From Bacteroidales bacterium (GTDB taxonomy: Bacteria > Bacteroidota > Bacteroidia > Bacteroidales > JAGOPY01), in assembly GCA_046484945.1 (NCBI GenBank), contig JAWOHY010000022.1:601-64600 (forward strand): a stretch of 64,000 nucleotides of DNA. The letters run 5' to 3'. This document shows, piece after piece, positions 1-9,268 of this stretch. The notes under the pieces were generated by a model that saw nothing but the letters and a program-made list of their open reading frames with translations, was not told the DNA's origin and ran no database searches. How positions within the stretch are numbered: position 1 is the stretch's first letter; each line of letters begins with the position of its first letter. The position numbers and the translations under genes were made by a program.

Positions 1-308
1 TGACAAACTGATTATTGACTTTTAAAGTGAAAAAGTACTTTACGAATTGGAAGACGAAGATTTTGGGCTTGAAGCACTAAAAGTAGCTGAGAAACAATTG
101 AAATATAAAAAACAGAAAGATGTCTAAATACGATAATATAAAACGGGCAAAGTTGCTTCGGCGAAGGAAAAAAAGAAAGGAAAAAACATAATCTGGAACC
201 ACCATTTGGCTTTTCCGTTTCATACATTGGATGAAGAATATTTAACCGACGATCAAATTGAATACGTTGGTATTCCCTACAATTTGTTTCAAAGGAGGTA
301 ATTAAACA

Positions 309-328
309 TTTTGTTGACGTCAACAAAA
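309..328. promoter_or_regulatory. Perfect 20-bp palindrome TTTTGTTGAC|GTCAACAAAA, 7 nt upstream of the rhuM-like ATG; candidate operator or start-proximal hairpin
   Basis: Read directly: 309-318 is the exact reverse complement of 319-328. Confidence 0.5.
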
Positions 329-335
329 CGATAGA

Positions 336-1337
336 ATGAAGGAACAAGAAGAAATATTGTTGTATACAACCGAAGACGGACAAACAAAGGTTGAAGTCAG
401 GCTGAAAAATGATAGTGTTTGGCTCACCCAGGCGCAAATGCTTGAATTGTTTCAAACTACAAAGCAAAACATCAGCCTGCACATACGGAACATTTTTCAG
501 GAAGGCGAACTGGATGAAGGTTCAGTTGTCAAGGAATACTTGACAACTGCAACAGATGGTAAAAATTACAAAACCAATTATTACAACCTTGATGTAATAA
601 TTTCGGTTGGGTACAGGGTAAAATCACACTGTGGGACACAGTTCAGGATTTGGGCGACCCAACAACTCAAAGAGTTTTTAATTAAAGGTTTTGTGCTGAA
701 CGATGACCGGTTAAAAGAAATCGGACACACCAATCACTATTTTGAAGAACTGCTTGAGAGAATAAGGGATATCCGTAGTTCGGAGAAAATTTTCTATGCA
801 AAAATCAAAGATATTTATGCAACAAGTATAGATTATTCGCCCGACAGCGGACAAGCACAGCTGTTTTTTGCTTCGGTGCAAAACAAAATGCACTGGGCTA
901 TTCACGGGCAAACGGCTGCCGAAGTAATTTACAATAGGGCAAACGCAGATGATCCTAACATGGGCTTGACATCATGGAAAAATAGCCCAAAGGGGAAAAT
1001 CAGGAAATCTGACATAGCAGTTGCAAAAAATTATTTAAATAAAGATGAATTAACAGAATTAAACCTGATTGTTGACCAGTACCTCAGCTTTGCCGAACTG
1101 CAGGCGCGAAACCGCAAACCCATGTACATGGCTGATTGGGCAAAGAAACTGCATGATTTTCTGACTTTGAATGAAAAACAGATATTACTGGATACCGGTA
1201 AAATCTCTCATCAACTGGCAGTGGAACTTGCTGAAAAGGAATATGAGAAATTTGCAAAAAAACAAATAGCTTCAGCTGATATGGAAGCCATGAAAAAGAT
1301 CGAGCAAGAATTAAAGAAAATCGGAGAAAAGAAATAA
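336..1337 (+). CDS. RhuM-family protein (virulence/defence-island associated)
   Basis: 333-aa ORF. The segments EDGQTKVEVRLKNDSVWLTQAQMLELFQTTKQNISLHIRNIFQEGEL and YNLDVIISVGYRVKS..GTQFRIWAT match the RhuM family as I recall it. GC is visibly lower than the bulk of the window. Confidence 0.85.
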   Translation: MKEQEEILLYTTEDGQTKVEVRLKNDSVWLTQAQMLELFQTTKQNISLHIRNIFQEGELDEGSVVKEYLTTATDGKNYKTNYYNLDVIISVGYRVKSHCGTQFRIWATQQLKEFLIKGFVLNDDRLKEIGHTNHYFEELLERIRDIRSSEKIFYAKIKDIYATSIDYSPDSGQAQLFFASVQNKMHWAIHGQTAAEVIYNRANADDPNMGLTSWKNSPKGKIRKSDIAVAKNYLNKDELTELNLIVDQYLSFAELQARNRKPMYMADWAKKLHDFLTLNEKQILLDTGKISHQLAVELAEKEYEKFAKKQIASADMEAMKKIEQELKKIGEKK

Positions 1338-1496
1338 TATGTATTTAAAAAACTACCAGATAAAAGTTATAAATGCACTCAAACAGTTTTTGCAAACTGC
1401 CAGTGATACCAAAACCTCGTTTAACATTGCGAAACAGGCATTCCGAAAATATCTTAATCGTTAATTATAGTTTGTGTATCAATAAAATCTCTGCAA

Positions 1497-4400
1497 ATGA
1501 AAAACACCGTTCCTGTTTATCTCACAATGCTTATTGCTTTGCTTTTTATAGTTGCAAGCGTTTCCGGCCAGAAAGAAGCCAAAAGTGAAAAGGATGATTT
1601 GTTATCGTCCGAAACTTTTTCAGGGTTATCATTCCGAAGCATCGGGCCTGCGTTCATGTCGGGCAGGATCGCGGATATCGTCGTTCACCCGGAAAAGCCT
1701 TCGACCTGGTATGTCGCCGTGGGTTCGGGCGGGGTGTGGAAAACCACCAATGCCGGAACTACATGGACCCCTGTCTTTGATTCGCAGCCATCGTACTCCA
1801 TGGGCTGCCTGGCCATCGACCCGAAAAACCACCATGTGATCTGGGCCGGTACCGGAGAAAATGTCGGGGGAAGGCATGTGGCTTACGGCGATGGCATTTA
1901 CCGCAGCGAAGACGGTGGTAATACCTGGAAGAACATGGGCCTGAAGGAAACCCGGCACATTTCCCGCATCCTGATCCATCCGGATAACCCCGATGTGCTG
2001 TGGGTGGCCGCCCAGGGGCCTTTGTGGAACAAGGGCGGCGAGCGGGGTTTATACAAAACAACGGACGGAGGAAAAAACTGGGTTAAGGTCCTCGGGGATG
2101 ACGAATGGGTCGGGGCTACCGACATCGTGATGGATCCCCGCGACCCGGACGTGCTGTATGCCGCGACATGGCAAAGGCACAGGAATGTGGCGGCCTACAT
2201 GGCTGGCGGACCGGGATCGGGAATTCACCGCTCTTATGATGGCGGCGAGACCTGGACAAAGCTGGAGAACGGATTGCCCTCATCCCATATGGGCAAGATC
2301 GGCCTGGCCATTTCATTCCAGAAGCCGGATGTGGTGTATGCGGCCATTGAACTGGACCGGAGAACGGGCGGCGTGTACCGCTCGGAGGACCGGGGCGCAT
2401 CGTGGAAGGAAATGTCGAATACCGTTTCAGGCGCCACCGGGCCCCATTATTACCAGGAGCTTTACGCCTGCCCGCACGAGTTCGACCGGATCTACCTGAT
2501 GGACTGGCGCATCCAGGTATCGGACGACGGCGGGAAAAATTTCAGGAGAATGAAGGAAGACAATAAGCATCCGGACAACCATTCCATCGCCTTCCGGGCG
2601 GATGACCCGGATTATTTGCTAATCGGCACTGACGGGGGGATCTATGAAAGTTTTGACCTGGCGGAAACCTGGCGGTTCATCGATAATCTTCCATTAACCC
2701 AGTTCTATAAAGTTGCCGTAGACGACGCCGAACCTTTTTATAATGTGTACGGCGGCACGCAGGATAACGGCACCCAGGGCGGCCCCTCGCGGACGGACAA
2801 TGTCCACGGTATCCGGAATTCCGACTGGTCTATCGTGCTCTATGCCGATGGGCACCAGCCTGCGACAGAACCCGGGAATCCTGACATCATCTATGCCGAA
2901 TGGCAGCAGGGCAACCTGGTCCGCATCGACCGCACAACCGGTGAGATCGTACACATCAAACCCCAGCCGGAAGAAGGCGCCGGCGCTGAGCGGTTTAACT
3001 GGGACGCCCCCATCCTGGTCAGCCCCCACTCCCCTACCACGATATTCTTCGCTTCGCAGCGCGTCTGGCGTTCCGACAACCGGGGCGACAGCTGGACGGC
3101 CATTTCACCCGATCTCACCAGGAACCAGGAACGCATCGAAATGCCCATCATGGGAAAGACCTGGAGCTGGGATTCCCCGTGGGATATGGTGGCCATGTCG
3201 GACTACAATTCCATCACCTCACTGGCCGAATCACCCCTGCAACCCGGACTGATCTACGCCGGGACCGATGACGGGCTGATCCAGGTAACCAAGGATGGCG
3301 GGCAGACGTGGACAAAAATCGAAGTCAGCAGGCTGCCCGGCGTTCCGGCAACGGCGTTTGTCAACGACATCAAGGCCGACCTTTTTGACGCCGGAACGGT
3401 ATACGTTGTGCTGGACAACCATAAATTCGGAGACCTGGAGCCCTATATCTTGAAAAGCGCCAACATGGGTGAAACCTGGGTGTCGATGAGAGGGGACCTC
3501 CCGGGGAGGACCTTGCTGTGGAGGATCGTACAGGACCATGTACGGAAGGACCTTTTCTTCCTGGCCACTGAAATTGGCATTTATTTCACCCTGGATGCCG
3601 GGAAAAAATGGGTTCAGCTGAAAAGCGGCGTGCCGACCATCTCCTTCCGCGACCTGGCGATACAAAGGAGAGAAAACGACCTGGTGGGGGCGTCATTCGG
3701 CAGAAGTTTCTACATCCTGGATGATTACAGCCCGTTGAGACACTTGTCAGAAGACAAACTGAAAGAAGAGGCGATATTATTCCCTCCCAGGGATGCCTGG
3801 TGGTATCAGCAACGCACCCTGCTTGGCGGGGGCGAGAAAGGATCGCAGGGAGATGGCATGTTCACGGCCCCAAACCCTCCCCATGGAGCCGTTTTGACCT
3901 ACTACCTCAAGGAAACCTATCAATCCAGGAAACAAGACCGTAAAGAGAAGGAAAAAAAACTGGACAAAGAGAATAAGGACATCCCGTTCCCCGGTTGGGA
4001 CGAGGTGGAAGCCGAGCGACGGCAGGAACCGGCAGGTATCTGGCTGACGGTGAAGGACATGGAAGGAAATGTGGTCAGGAAGTTGAAAGGCCCCGCAACG
4101 AAGGGATTCCACCGCATAGCATGGGATTTCAGGGCCAGTCCGAATGACGCCATCGACCTGAACACGACCTATCCAACCACTGGTGAACGTTCCGGCATTC
4201 TGATGCCTCCGGGGACCTATCTGGCTGATCTTTCGAAAGAAATAGACGGGAAAGTCACCCATCTCTCCGGCCCGGTAAGTTTCGAAGTGAAACAGCTCCG
4301 GGAAAGCGCGTTGAAAGGGTCCTCCCGGGAAGAAATAACGGAATACAACAAAGAAGTTGAACAAATGGAGCAGGCTGTCAGGGCGTTGACCATCACGATG

Positions 4401-4793
4401 GGTCATGCCACAAAAAGGGTCAGCGCCATGCGGGTGGCGTTATCCATGACAGCCATCGTCCCGGGAGAGCTTGAATCACAACTTCATGACCTGAACCAGG
4501 AGTTGCTGGCACTTGATGAGCATCTCAACGGGAACCGTTCCAGGCAGGAGGTCGGGGAATCATCCCCGCCAACGGTGAGGAGCCGCCTGCGTGTTGCCGC
4601 CCAGGGGTTTGCCAGTCCGTTATACGGGCCCACGGTCACCCAAAAGCAAAACCTTGAGCTGGCCAGGAATGCCTACCGGGATGTTCGCGAAAAGATGATG
4701 TTGATAAGCGATCAGCGCATCCCTTCCCTGGAAAAGGCGCTGGTTGAAGCCGGCGCTCCCTGGATTGAAGGACAGCCTTTGCCGGTGAAATAG
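1497..4793 (+). CDS. Secreted BNR/Asp-box repeat protein (sortilin/VPS10-like beta-propeller protein)
   Basis: 1098-aa ORF with a signal peptide (MKNTVPVYLTMLIALLFIVASVSG). Repeated Asp-box motifs: SEDGGNTW, TTDGGKNW, SYDGGETW, SEDRGASW, VSDDGGKNF, TKDGGQTW, LDAGKKW. Confidence 0.8.
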   Translation: MKNTVPVYLTMLIALLFIVASVSGQKEAKSEKDDLLSSETFSGLSFRSIGPAFMSGRIADIVVHPEKPSTWYVAVGSGGVWKTTNAGTTWTPVFDSQPSYSMGCLAIDPKNHHVIWAGTGENVGGRHVAYGDGIYRSEDGGNTWKNMGLKETRHISRILIHPDNPDVLWVAAQGPLWNKGGERGLYKTTDGGKNWVKVLGDDEWVGATDIVMDPRDPDVLYAATWQRHRNVAAYMAGGPGSGIHRSYDGGETWTKLENGLPSSHMGKIGLAISFQKPDVVYAAIELDRRTGGVYRSEDRGASWKEMSNTVSGATGPHYYQELYACPHEFDRIYLMDWRIQVSDDGGKNFRRMKEDNKHPDNHSIAFRADDPDYLLIGTDGGIYESFDLAETWRFIDNLPLTQFYKVAVDDAEPFYNVYGGTQDNGTQGGPSRTDNVHGIRNSDWSIVLYADGHQPATEPGNPDIIYAEWQQGNLVRIDRTTGEIVHIKPQPEEGAGAERFNWDAPILVSPHSPTTIFFASQRVWRSDNRGDSWTAISPDLTRNQERIEMPIMGKTWSWDSPWDMVAMSDYNSITSLAESPLQPGLIYAGTDDGLIQVTKDGGQTWTKIEVSRLPGVPATAFVNDIKADLFDAGTVYVVLDNHKFGDLEPYILKSANMGETWVSMRGDLPGRTLLWRIVQDHVRKDLFFLATEIGIYFTLDAGKKWVQLKSGVPTISFRDLAIQRRENDLVGASFGRSFYILDDYSPLRHLSEDKLKEEAILFPPRDAWWYQQRTLLGGGEKGSQGDGMFTAPNPPHGAVLTYYLKETYQSRKQDRKEKEKKLDKENKDIPFPGWDEVEAERRQEPAGIWLTVKDMEGNVVRKLKGPATKGFHRIAWDFRASPNDAIDLNTTYPTTGERSGILMPPGTYLADLSKEIDGKVTHLSGPVSFEVKQLRESALKGSSREEITEYNKEVEQMEQAVRALTITMGHATKRVSAMRVALSMTAIVPGELESQLHDLNQELLALDEHLNGNRSRQEVGESSPPTVRSRLRVAAQGFASPLYGPTVTQKQNLELARNAYRDVREKMMLISDQRIPSLEKALVEAGAPWIEGQPLPVK

Positions 4794-4994
4794 ATCAGCG
4801 GGTAGAAGTGTTTTTACTTCTTCAGGGTCCCTTATAGTGGGAATATCGAAACTTTTTAGCCCCTGTCCCCTGCCACCCGAGTTCTCGGGACAGGCTTTAA
4901 CCCACTTAAGGAAAGGGTGACTAAAAAGCTAATTATTAGAATGCAAAAGATATAATTCAATTTAATTCTGCCTTTAATGCCAAATCATAAAAAC

Positions 4995-7900
4995 CTACTC
5001 GCCAGATTTAATAAGTTTTGTTGAAGAAATTACAGCTCCATTTCTTTGAAGCATTAGGCAATATATTCCATTGGGTAAAATGGAAACATCCTGATGAATA
5101 TTATAAGCACCTGGGGTGTAATGTATTTCCTGAGTTTTGATTAGCCTTTGCCCTGTCATGGAATACATCGCTATATTGTATAATCCTGCTTCATTTATTT
5201 CTAACTCAATCTTTGTTAAGTGTTTTGCCGGATTTGGATAGATATGAAAATCGTTTGTATCATAATAATCTTGAGAGAATTTATCCGTTACATTTACAGG
5301 TGCTCCAAACTCATAGGGCCCCATATCAATAATATACTCACCGTTGCCAACACCATCCCACACACGGGTATTTCCCAGGATATCATTATCTGGCAAGACC
5401 AGCCCTGCGGTATCCGGTGTGCCGGTATCGATACAGGGCGAGCCATCCTCAAGTGAAAAAGGATGGTCTCCGGAGAAGTTAAAAAGAGGATCCTGGCTGA
5501 GGTTATTTGGATTCCAAATCAGGTGAACAGGACCATTTAGCAAAAGACCCTCCTCTCCATCCTGGATGTCGGAGTACTCCACCCATAATGTATCATTGTC
5601 ATTGGCGCTCAAGTTCAGTTGGATCTGTGCAGGTCCGGAATTATTCCAGAATATACTATTAACCAATCTGATACCAGTCCTAAAGCCAAATAAGCCAATA
5701 TTTGAATTATTTGCAAATGTGACATTATAAAGATCTGCATTGGGAGATTCGCTGACATTGTAATCATTATAAAACACGCCACCGCCCCATTGTGAGTAGG
5801 CAATATTATTTGTAACAAGGGAGCTTTTTATTGCAGTCGTTGAATTTTCAATATAAAAACCGGCAGCTTGCGCGGCTGTATTTGAATCTATTGCACAATT
5901 AATGACAGAGAGGTCAGAGCAGTGAATGGAATACAATCCTCCACCACGCTGTTCAGCGCTGTTTGCGATGAATCTGGAATTTTCAAGATGAACGGCCTGT
6001 GTAGAATCGATTCCAGACAGGGCAAGGGCCCCGCCATTAATTGCGTTGTTATATTTAAAATCAACATGATCGAATTGAAGACCTGCATATGTAAAGATAC
6101 CACCCCCCAGATCGGCCGAGTTAGATTCTATGACTGAATTTTTAATAATTGAATTCGAAAAAGTGTTAAAGGATATGCCCCCCCCTTTTTCGGCAAGATT
6201 ATTTCTAATAACAGAATTGATAACGCTTAATTTACTATTGGATCCAACATATATCCCTCCTCCTGCATAATATGCTTCACATTCTTCAATAGTAACATTG
6301 TTAAATGCTACCTCTGACTCACTACAATAGATCCCACCTCCCACTCCGGAACTTGAATTTCCATTTCTAATCGTCAGGTTTCTGATATACGGAATCGAAT
6401 CATTATTCAAGTAAATCACCCTGTTTTCTGATTCGGCATCCAGAATTGTAGCCAACTGTCCATCACCCGATAAACTGCTGAAATTTACCATATGGATGGG
6501 AAATGTCTCCCCTGTAGCTGATGCACTATACGTACCATTGGCAAGATGGATCGTATGGGGGTGATCCTGATCAACATCAAGTTTTAAATAAGCCCGGTGT
6601 ATTGTTTTCAATGGATCGCCTGGGGTTGCGCCTGAATTGTTGTCATCACCGGTGGGCGCAATATAGAGGTCCGCATTTACTTGTTCTATTTTTCCTGCCA
6701 ATATATCAAATATAAAATTAGCCCTATTACAAGCATGAAACTCTGTGGGATAATAAACCGTAAAGGTATCCACTATAATCCTGGCAGAAGGGTTATTACC
6801 GAAGAGATCATTGCCAAATGTGGCATTATTAAGAAAAATATTACATCGATCCAGGCTATCGAAAATAGTGTTGGGAGAGGGGTTAAAAATTCCGCCACCA
6901 TTCAGTTCAGCATGATTAAAAGAGATAAGCGTTGATTTCATTTCTTGTAGGGAAGAATCCTGGCAATACATCCCTCCGCCTTGCACCCCCGAGTAATTGT
7001 CCGAAATGCAGGTATTCTGAATAATGGTCAAGGAATATTCACCACAGTATATTCCCCCACCTTTCTTAGACCCATGATTGTATTTTATAGAAACAGAATC
7101 AAGATCCGCATAACTATATGCTTCAAAATAAAAACCGGCACCATCTTCGGCCTCATTCCCTGTTATGACCGTATTAACTATAAAGGCTGAATCTCCGCAG
7201 TAAATACCTCCCCCTGATTCACTGCTTATGTTATTAATAACTGAGGAATTTAGCATTTCAAGGTTGCCATTATTATAAATGCCCCCTCCATTTATTGCAG
7301 AATTACTGTCGATAATCACTTGATTAATAGACGGGTTTGATCCAGCCTGCAGGACCGAAATTCCTCCTCCATTACCTGTAGAGACGTTGCCTGAAATAGT
7401 AAGAAATTCAAGCGAAGGTGAGGAATTTGATATTAAGATGCCAGCTCCACTATCATGAAATCCTCCGGTAATTGTAATCCCTGAAACGGAGTTATTTCCA
7501 TTACCATAAAGATGCATAACCCGTGAAGCACTGTCGGCATTGAGAACCACAAGGCTATCTGCAACGCCAGAAATATCAATTCGGTCGATCAGGTTAACGG
7601 GGAAGAATTCACCATTGGTGGTCGGACAATAGGTTCCAGCAAGAAGATTGATTTGTCTTTGTAACGAAGTATCCGGCTGAATAATAGTAAGGGCATGATT
7701 TATTGTTTTTAGCGGATCATCCGCATTAAGGCCGGAGTTTTCATCAGAGCCATTGGGGGATACATATAAGTCAGCTTCAGCCTGGTTGAATTTACCGTTC
7801 AAAATATCAAATGAAAACAACCCCAAATTATGAGCATGAAACTCTGTAGGGATTAATACTGTAAACGTATCCAGAACAATATGGGCCGTATTTCCCCAAC

Positions 7901-8675
7901 TATCATCTGCCCATAGTTCAGATCCGACACCTGCTGAATTCAGATAGATACTACAACGGTCGACAGAATCAAATAGAGCGTTCCCATAATTACACATTCC
8001 TCCACCAAAATGTGCACTATTGTTTCGAATTTTAACCCTTTTGAGGATAGGTGCTGAGAAATTCATCACTCCTCCACCATAATCAGCGCTATTGTCGGCA
8101 ATCAGCAAATCAATCAGCTTGCATGAATCATTATTGGAGGAGGGGAAAATACACATTCCACCACCACTGTTACTGGCTGTATTTCCCTTGATCAAACAAT
8201 GACGGAATACAGATGCGCAGTCGTTAAGTATAAATACTCCCCCACCGTCAGACGCATTGTTTCCCACTATCCTGAGGTGATCAAAAACCGGGCTTGAATA
8301 AAAGATATAGATCCCTCCTCCCTGATATTGTCCCGTTCCATTAGTTATGGTAAATCCCTTAATCAGAGTAGTTGAATCGATACCGTTACCCACCGTTAAA
8401 ACAGTCCCATTAAATCCACCGTCGATTATTGTTGAGGAAATATAGGAAGTATCACCTGTAATAAGAAAGAGAGATGCAAGGGTTACATTCTTCCCATCAA
8501 GCTCAACATTCTCAATATAAGTTCCTGGAGACACCATCACTGTATCGCCTTCAGCAGCGGCATTGATCCCTTCCTGGATGGTTGCGTAGTCAGCCGGAAT
8601 AGAAATTACCTGAGCAGTAAGGTTAATGCAGAGGAACGCCAGGTACGATATAACTATTGGAATAGTTTTTAACAT
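4995..8675 (-). CDS. Giant T9SS-secreted parallel beta-helix surface protein (adhesin-like), internally duplicated
   Basis: 1226-aa ORF with a signal peptide. It has dozens of GGGI[YF]/GGGM beta-helix turn motifs spaced about 22-25 aa apart. The C-terminal ~80 aa (FHIYPNPAKHLTKIELEI...GLYNIAMYSMTGQRL...GIYCLMLQ) fit the type-A Por/T9SS sorting domain. GC is low by eye. Confidence 0.8.
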   Translation of the reverse strand: MLKTIPIVISYLAFLCINLTAQVISIPADYATIQEGINAAAEGDTVMVSPGTYIENVELDGKNVTLASLFLITGDTSYISSTIIDGGFNGTVLTVGNGIDSTTLIKGFTITNGTGQYQGGGIYIFYSSPVFDHLRIVGNNASDGGGVFILNDCASVFRHCLIKGNTASNSGGGMCIFPSSNNDSCKLIDLLIADNSADYGGGVMNFSAPILKRVKIRNNSAHFGGGMCNYGNALFDSVDRCSIYLNSAGVGSELWADDSWGNTAHIVLDTFTVLIPTEFHAHNLGLFSFDILNGKFNQAEADLYVSPNGSDENSGLNADDPLKTINHALTIIQPDTSLQRQINLLAGTYCPTTNGEFFPVNLIDRIDISGVADSLVVLNADSASRVMHLYGNGNNSVSGITITGGFHDSGAGILISNSSPSLEFLTISGNVSTGNGGGISVLQAGSNPSINQVIIDSNSAINGGGIYNNGNLEMLNSSVINNISSESGGGIYCGDSAFIVNTVITGNEAEDGAGFYFEAYSYADLDSVSIKYNHGSKKGGGIYCGEYSLTIIQNTCISDNYSGVQGGGMYCQDSSLQEMKSTLISFNHAELNGGGIFNPSPNTIFDSLDRCNIFLNNATFGNDLFGNNPSARIIVDTFTVYYPTEFHACNRANFIFDILAGKIEQVNADLYIAPTGDDNNSGATPGDPLKTIHRAYLKLDVDQDHPHTIHLANGTYSASATGETFPIHMVNFSSLSGDGQLATILDAESENRVIYLNNDSIPYIRNLTIRNGNSSSGVGGGIYCSESEVAFNNVTIEECEAYYAGGGIYVGSNSKLSVINSVIRNNLAEKGGGISFNTFSNSIIKNSVIESNSADLGGGIFTYAGLQFDHVDFKYNNAINGGALALSGIDSTQAVHLENSRFIANSAEQRGGGLYSIHCSDLSVINCAIDSNTAAQAAGFYIENSTTAIKSSLVTNNIAYSQWGGGVFYNDYNVSESPNADLYNVTFANNSNIGLFGFRTGIRLVNSIFWNNSGPAQIQLNLSANDNDTLWVEYSDIQDGEEGLLLNGPVHLIWNPNNLSQDPLFNFSGDHPFSLEDGSPCIDTGTPDTAGLVLPDNDILGNTRVWDGVGNGEYIIDMGPYEFGAPVNVTDKFSQDYYDTNDFHIYPNPAKHLTKIELEINEAGLYNIAMYSMTGQRLIKTQEIHYTPGAYNIHQDVSILPNGIYCLMLQRNGAVISSTKLIKSGE

Positions 8676-9069
8676 AAAATTATTATCTGGATATCAGCGC
8701 AACGGTAAAGTTAGCAAAAAAACATATAAATGGTCCAAAGGTGGAGGGACACTTTTTTGTATGGTTTCCTTTGTTCTATTCAATTGATCACTTAATGACA
8801 GAATTCGCAGGAGAAAGGTAAAGATTTTTCGAGACCGGACAGGGGTTAAAAATCAAACTGTTTATTTATCCTCCTACAAATTTCATCGAACCAGTTATAA
8901 GATTACAATAACTAATACATTATTACTATAATACACCAAATCTAATCCCATCAATAGACTAATCTAATTTTGCATTAGGGACCAAGGGAAAATCATGCTT
9001 ATAGAACCCTCCCAAAAATGTTTTCATCTCTCTAATGGTCAGTAATATAAGGGATTACAAAGATGGAAA

Positions 9070-9099
9070 CATAAAAAAAGCTGCCATTGCTGACAGCTT
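9070..9099 (-). terminator. Rho-independent terminator downstream of tRNA-His
   Basis: On the minus strand: AAGCTG (9099-9094), a 10-nt loop, CAGCTT (9083-9078), then TTTTTAT. Confidence 0.6.
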
Positions 9100-9107
9100 G
9101 CCTTGTT

Positions 9108-9185
<78 letters not shown>

Positions 9186-9204
9186 AGGTTGAAAAATGCG
9201 ACGG

Positions 9205-9212
9205 CAAAAATA
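9205..9212 (-). promoter_or_regulatory. Candidate Bacteroidota -7 box TATTTTTG upstream of tRNA-His
   Basis: Matches TAnnTTTG on the minus strand, 19 nt upstream of the tRNA 5' end. Confidence 0.4.
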
Positions 9213-9268
9213 CAAAAAATTATTTTAGATGCCGGGATGCATGATTTATTATTTGGCTGAAAATCGTC

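Noticed and set aside
1-335. Possible genes in the first 335 bp (the tail ..DKLIIDF* of an upstream gene, two ATG-less frames, and the 23-codon ORF MSKYDNIKRAKLLRRRKKRKEKT)
   Set aside because: No frame has a credible start plus length. I mention them only as possible gene remnants and could not support a feature call.
12-482. 156-aa minus-strand ORF overlapping the rhuM-like start
   Set aside because: The translation is low-complexity, Leu/Phe/Cys-rich and has no recognisable motif. It lies in AT-rich DNA where long spurious ORFs are expected, and it conflicts with the well-supported RhuM-family gene.
1373-1839. ORFs 1373-1588 and 1552-1839 overlapping the BNR gene start
   Set aside because: They are out of frame with the strongly supported 1098-aa gene and have Arg/Pro/Ser-rich translations typical of off-frame reads in GC-rich coding DNA.
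4803-4894. Two hairpins between the convergent BNR and adhesin genes (AGAAGT/ACTTCT at 4804-4821; CCTGTCCC/GGGACAGG at 4862-4894) as rho-independent terminators
   Set aside because: Neither is followed by a convincing T-run on either strand. The first stem is only 6 bp and AT-rich, and the second has a 17-nt loop. This is too weak to call.
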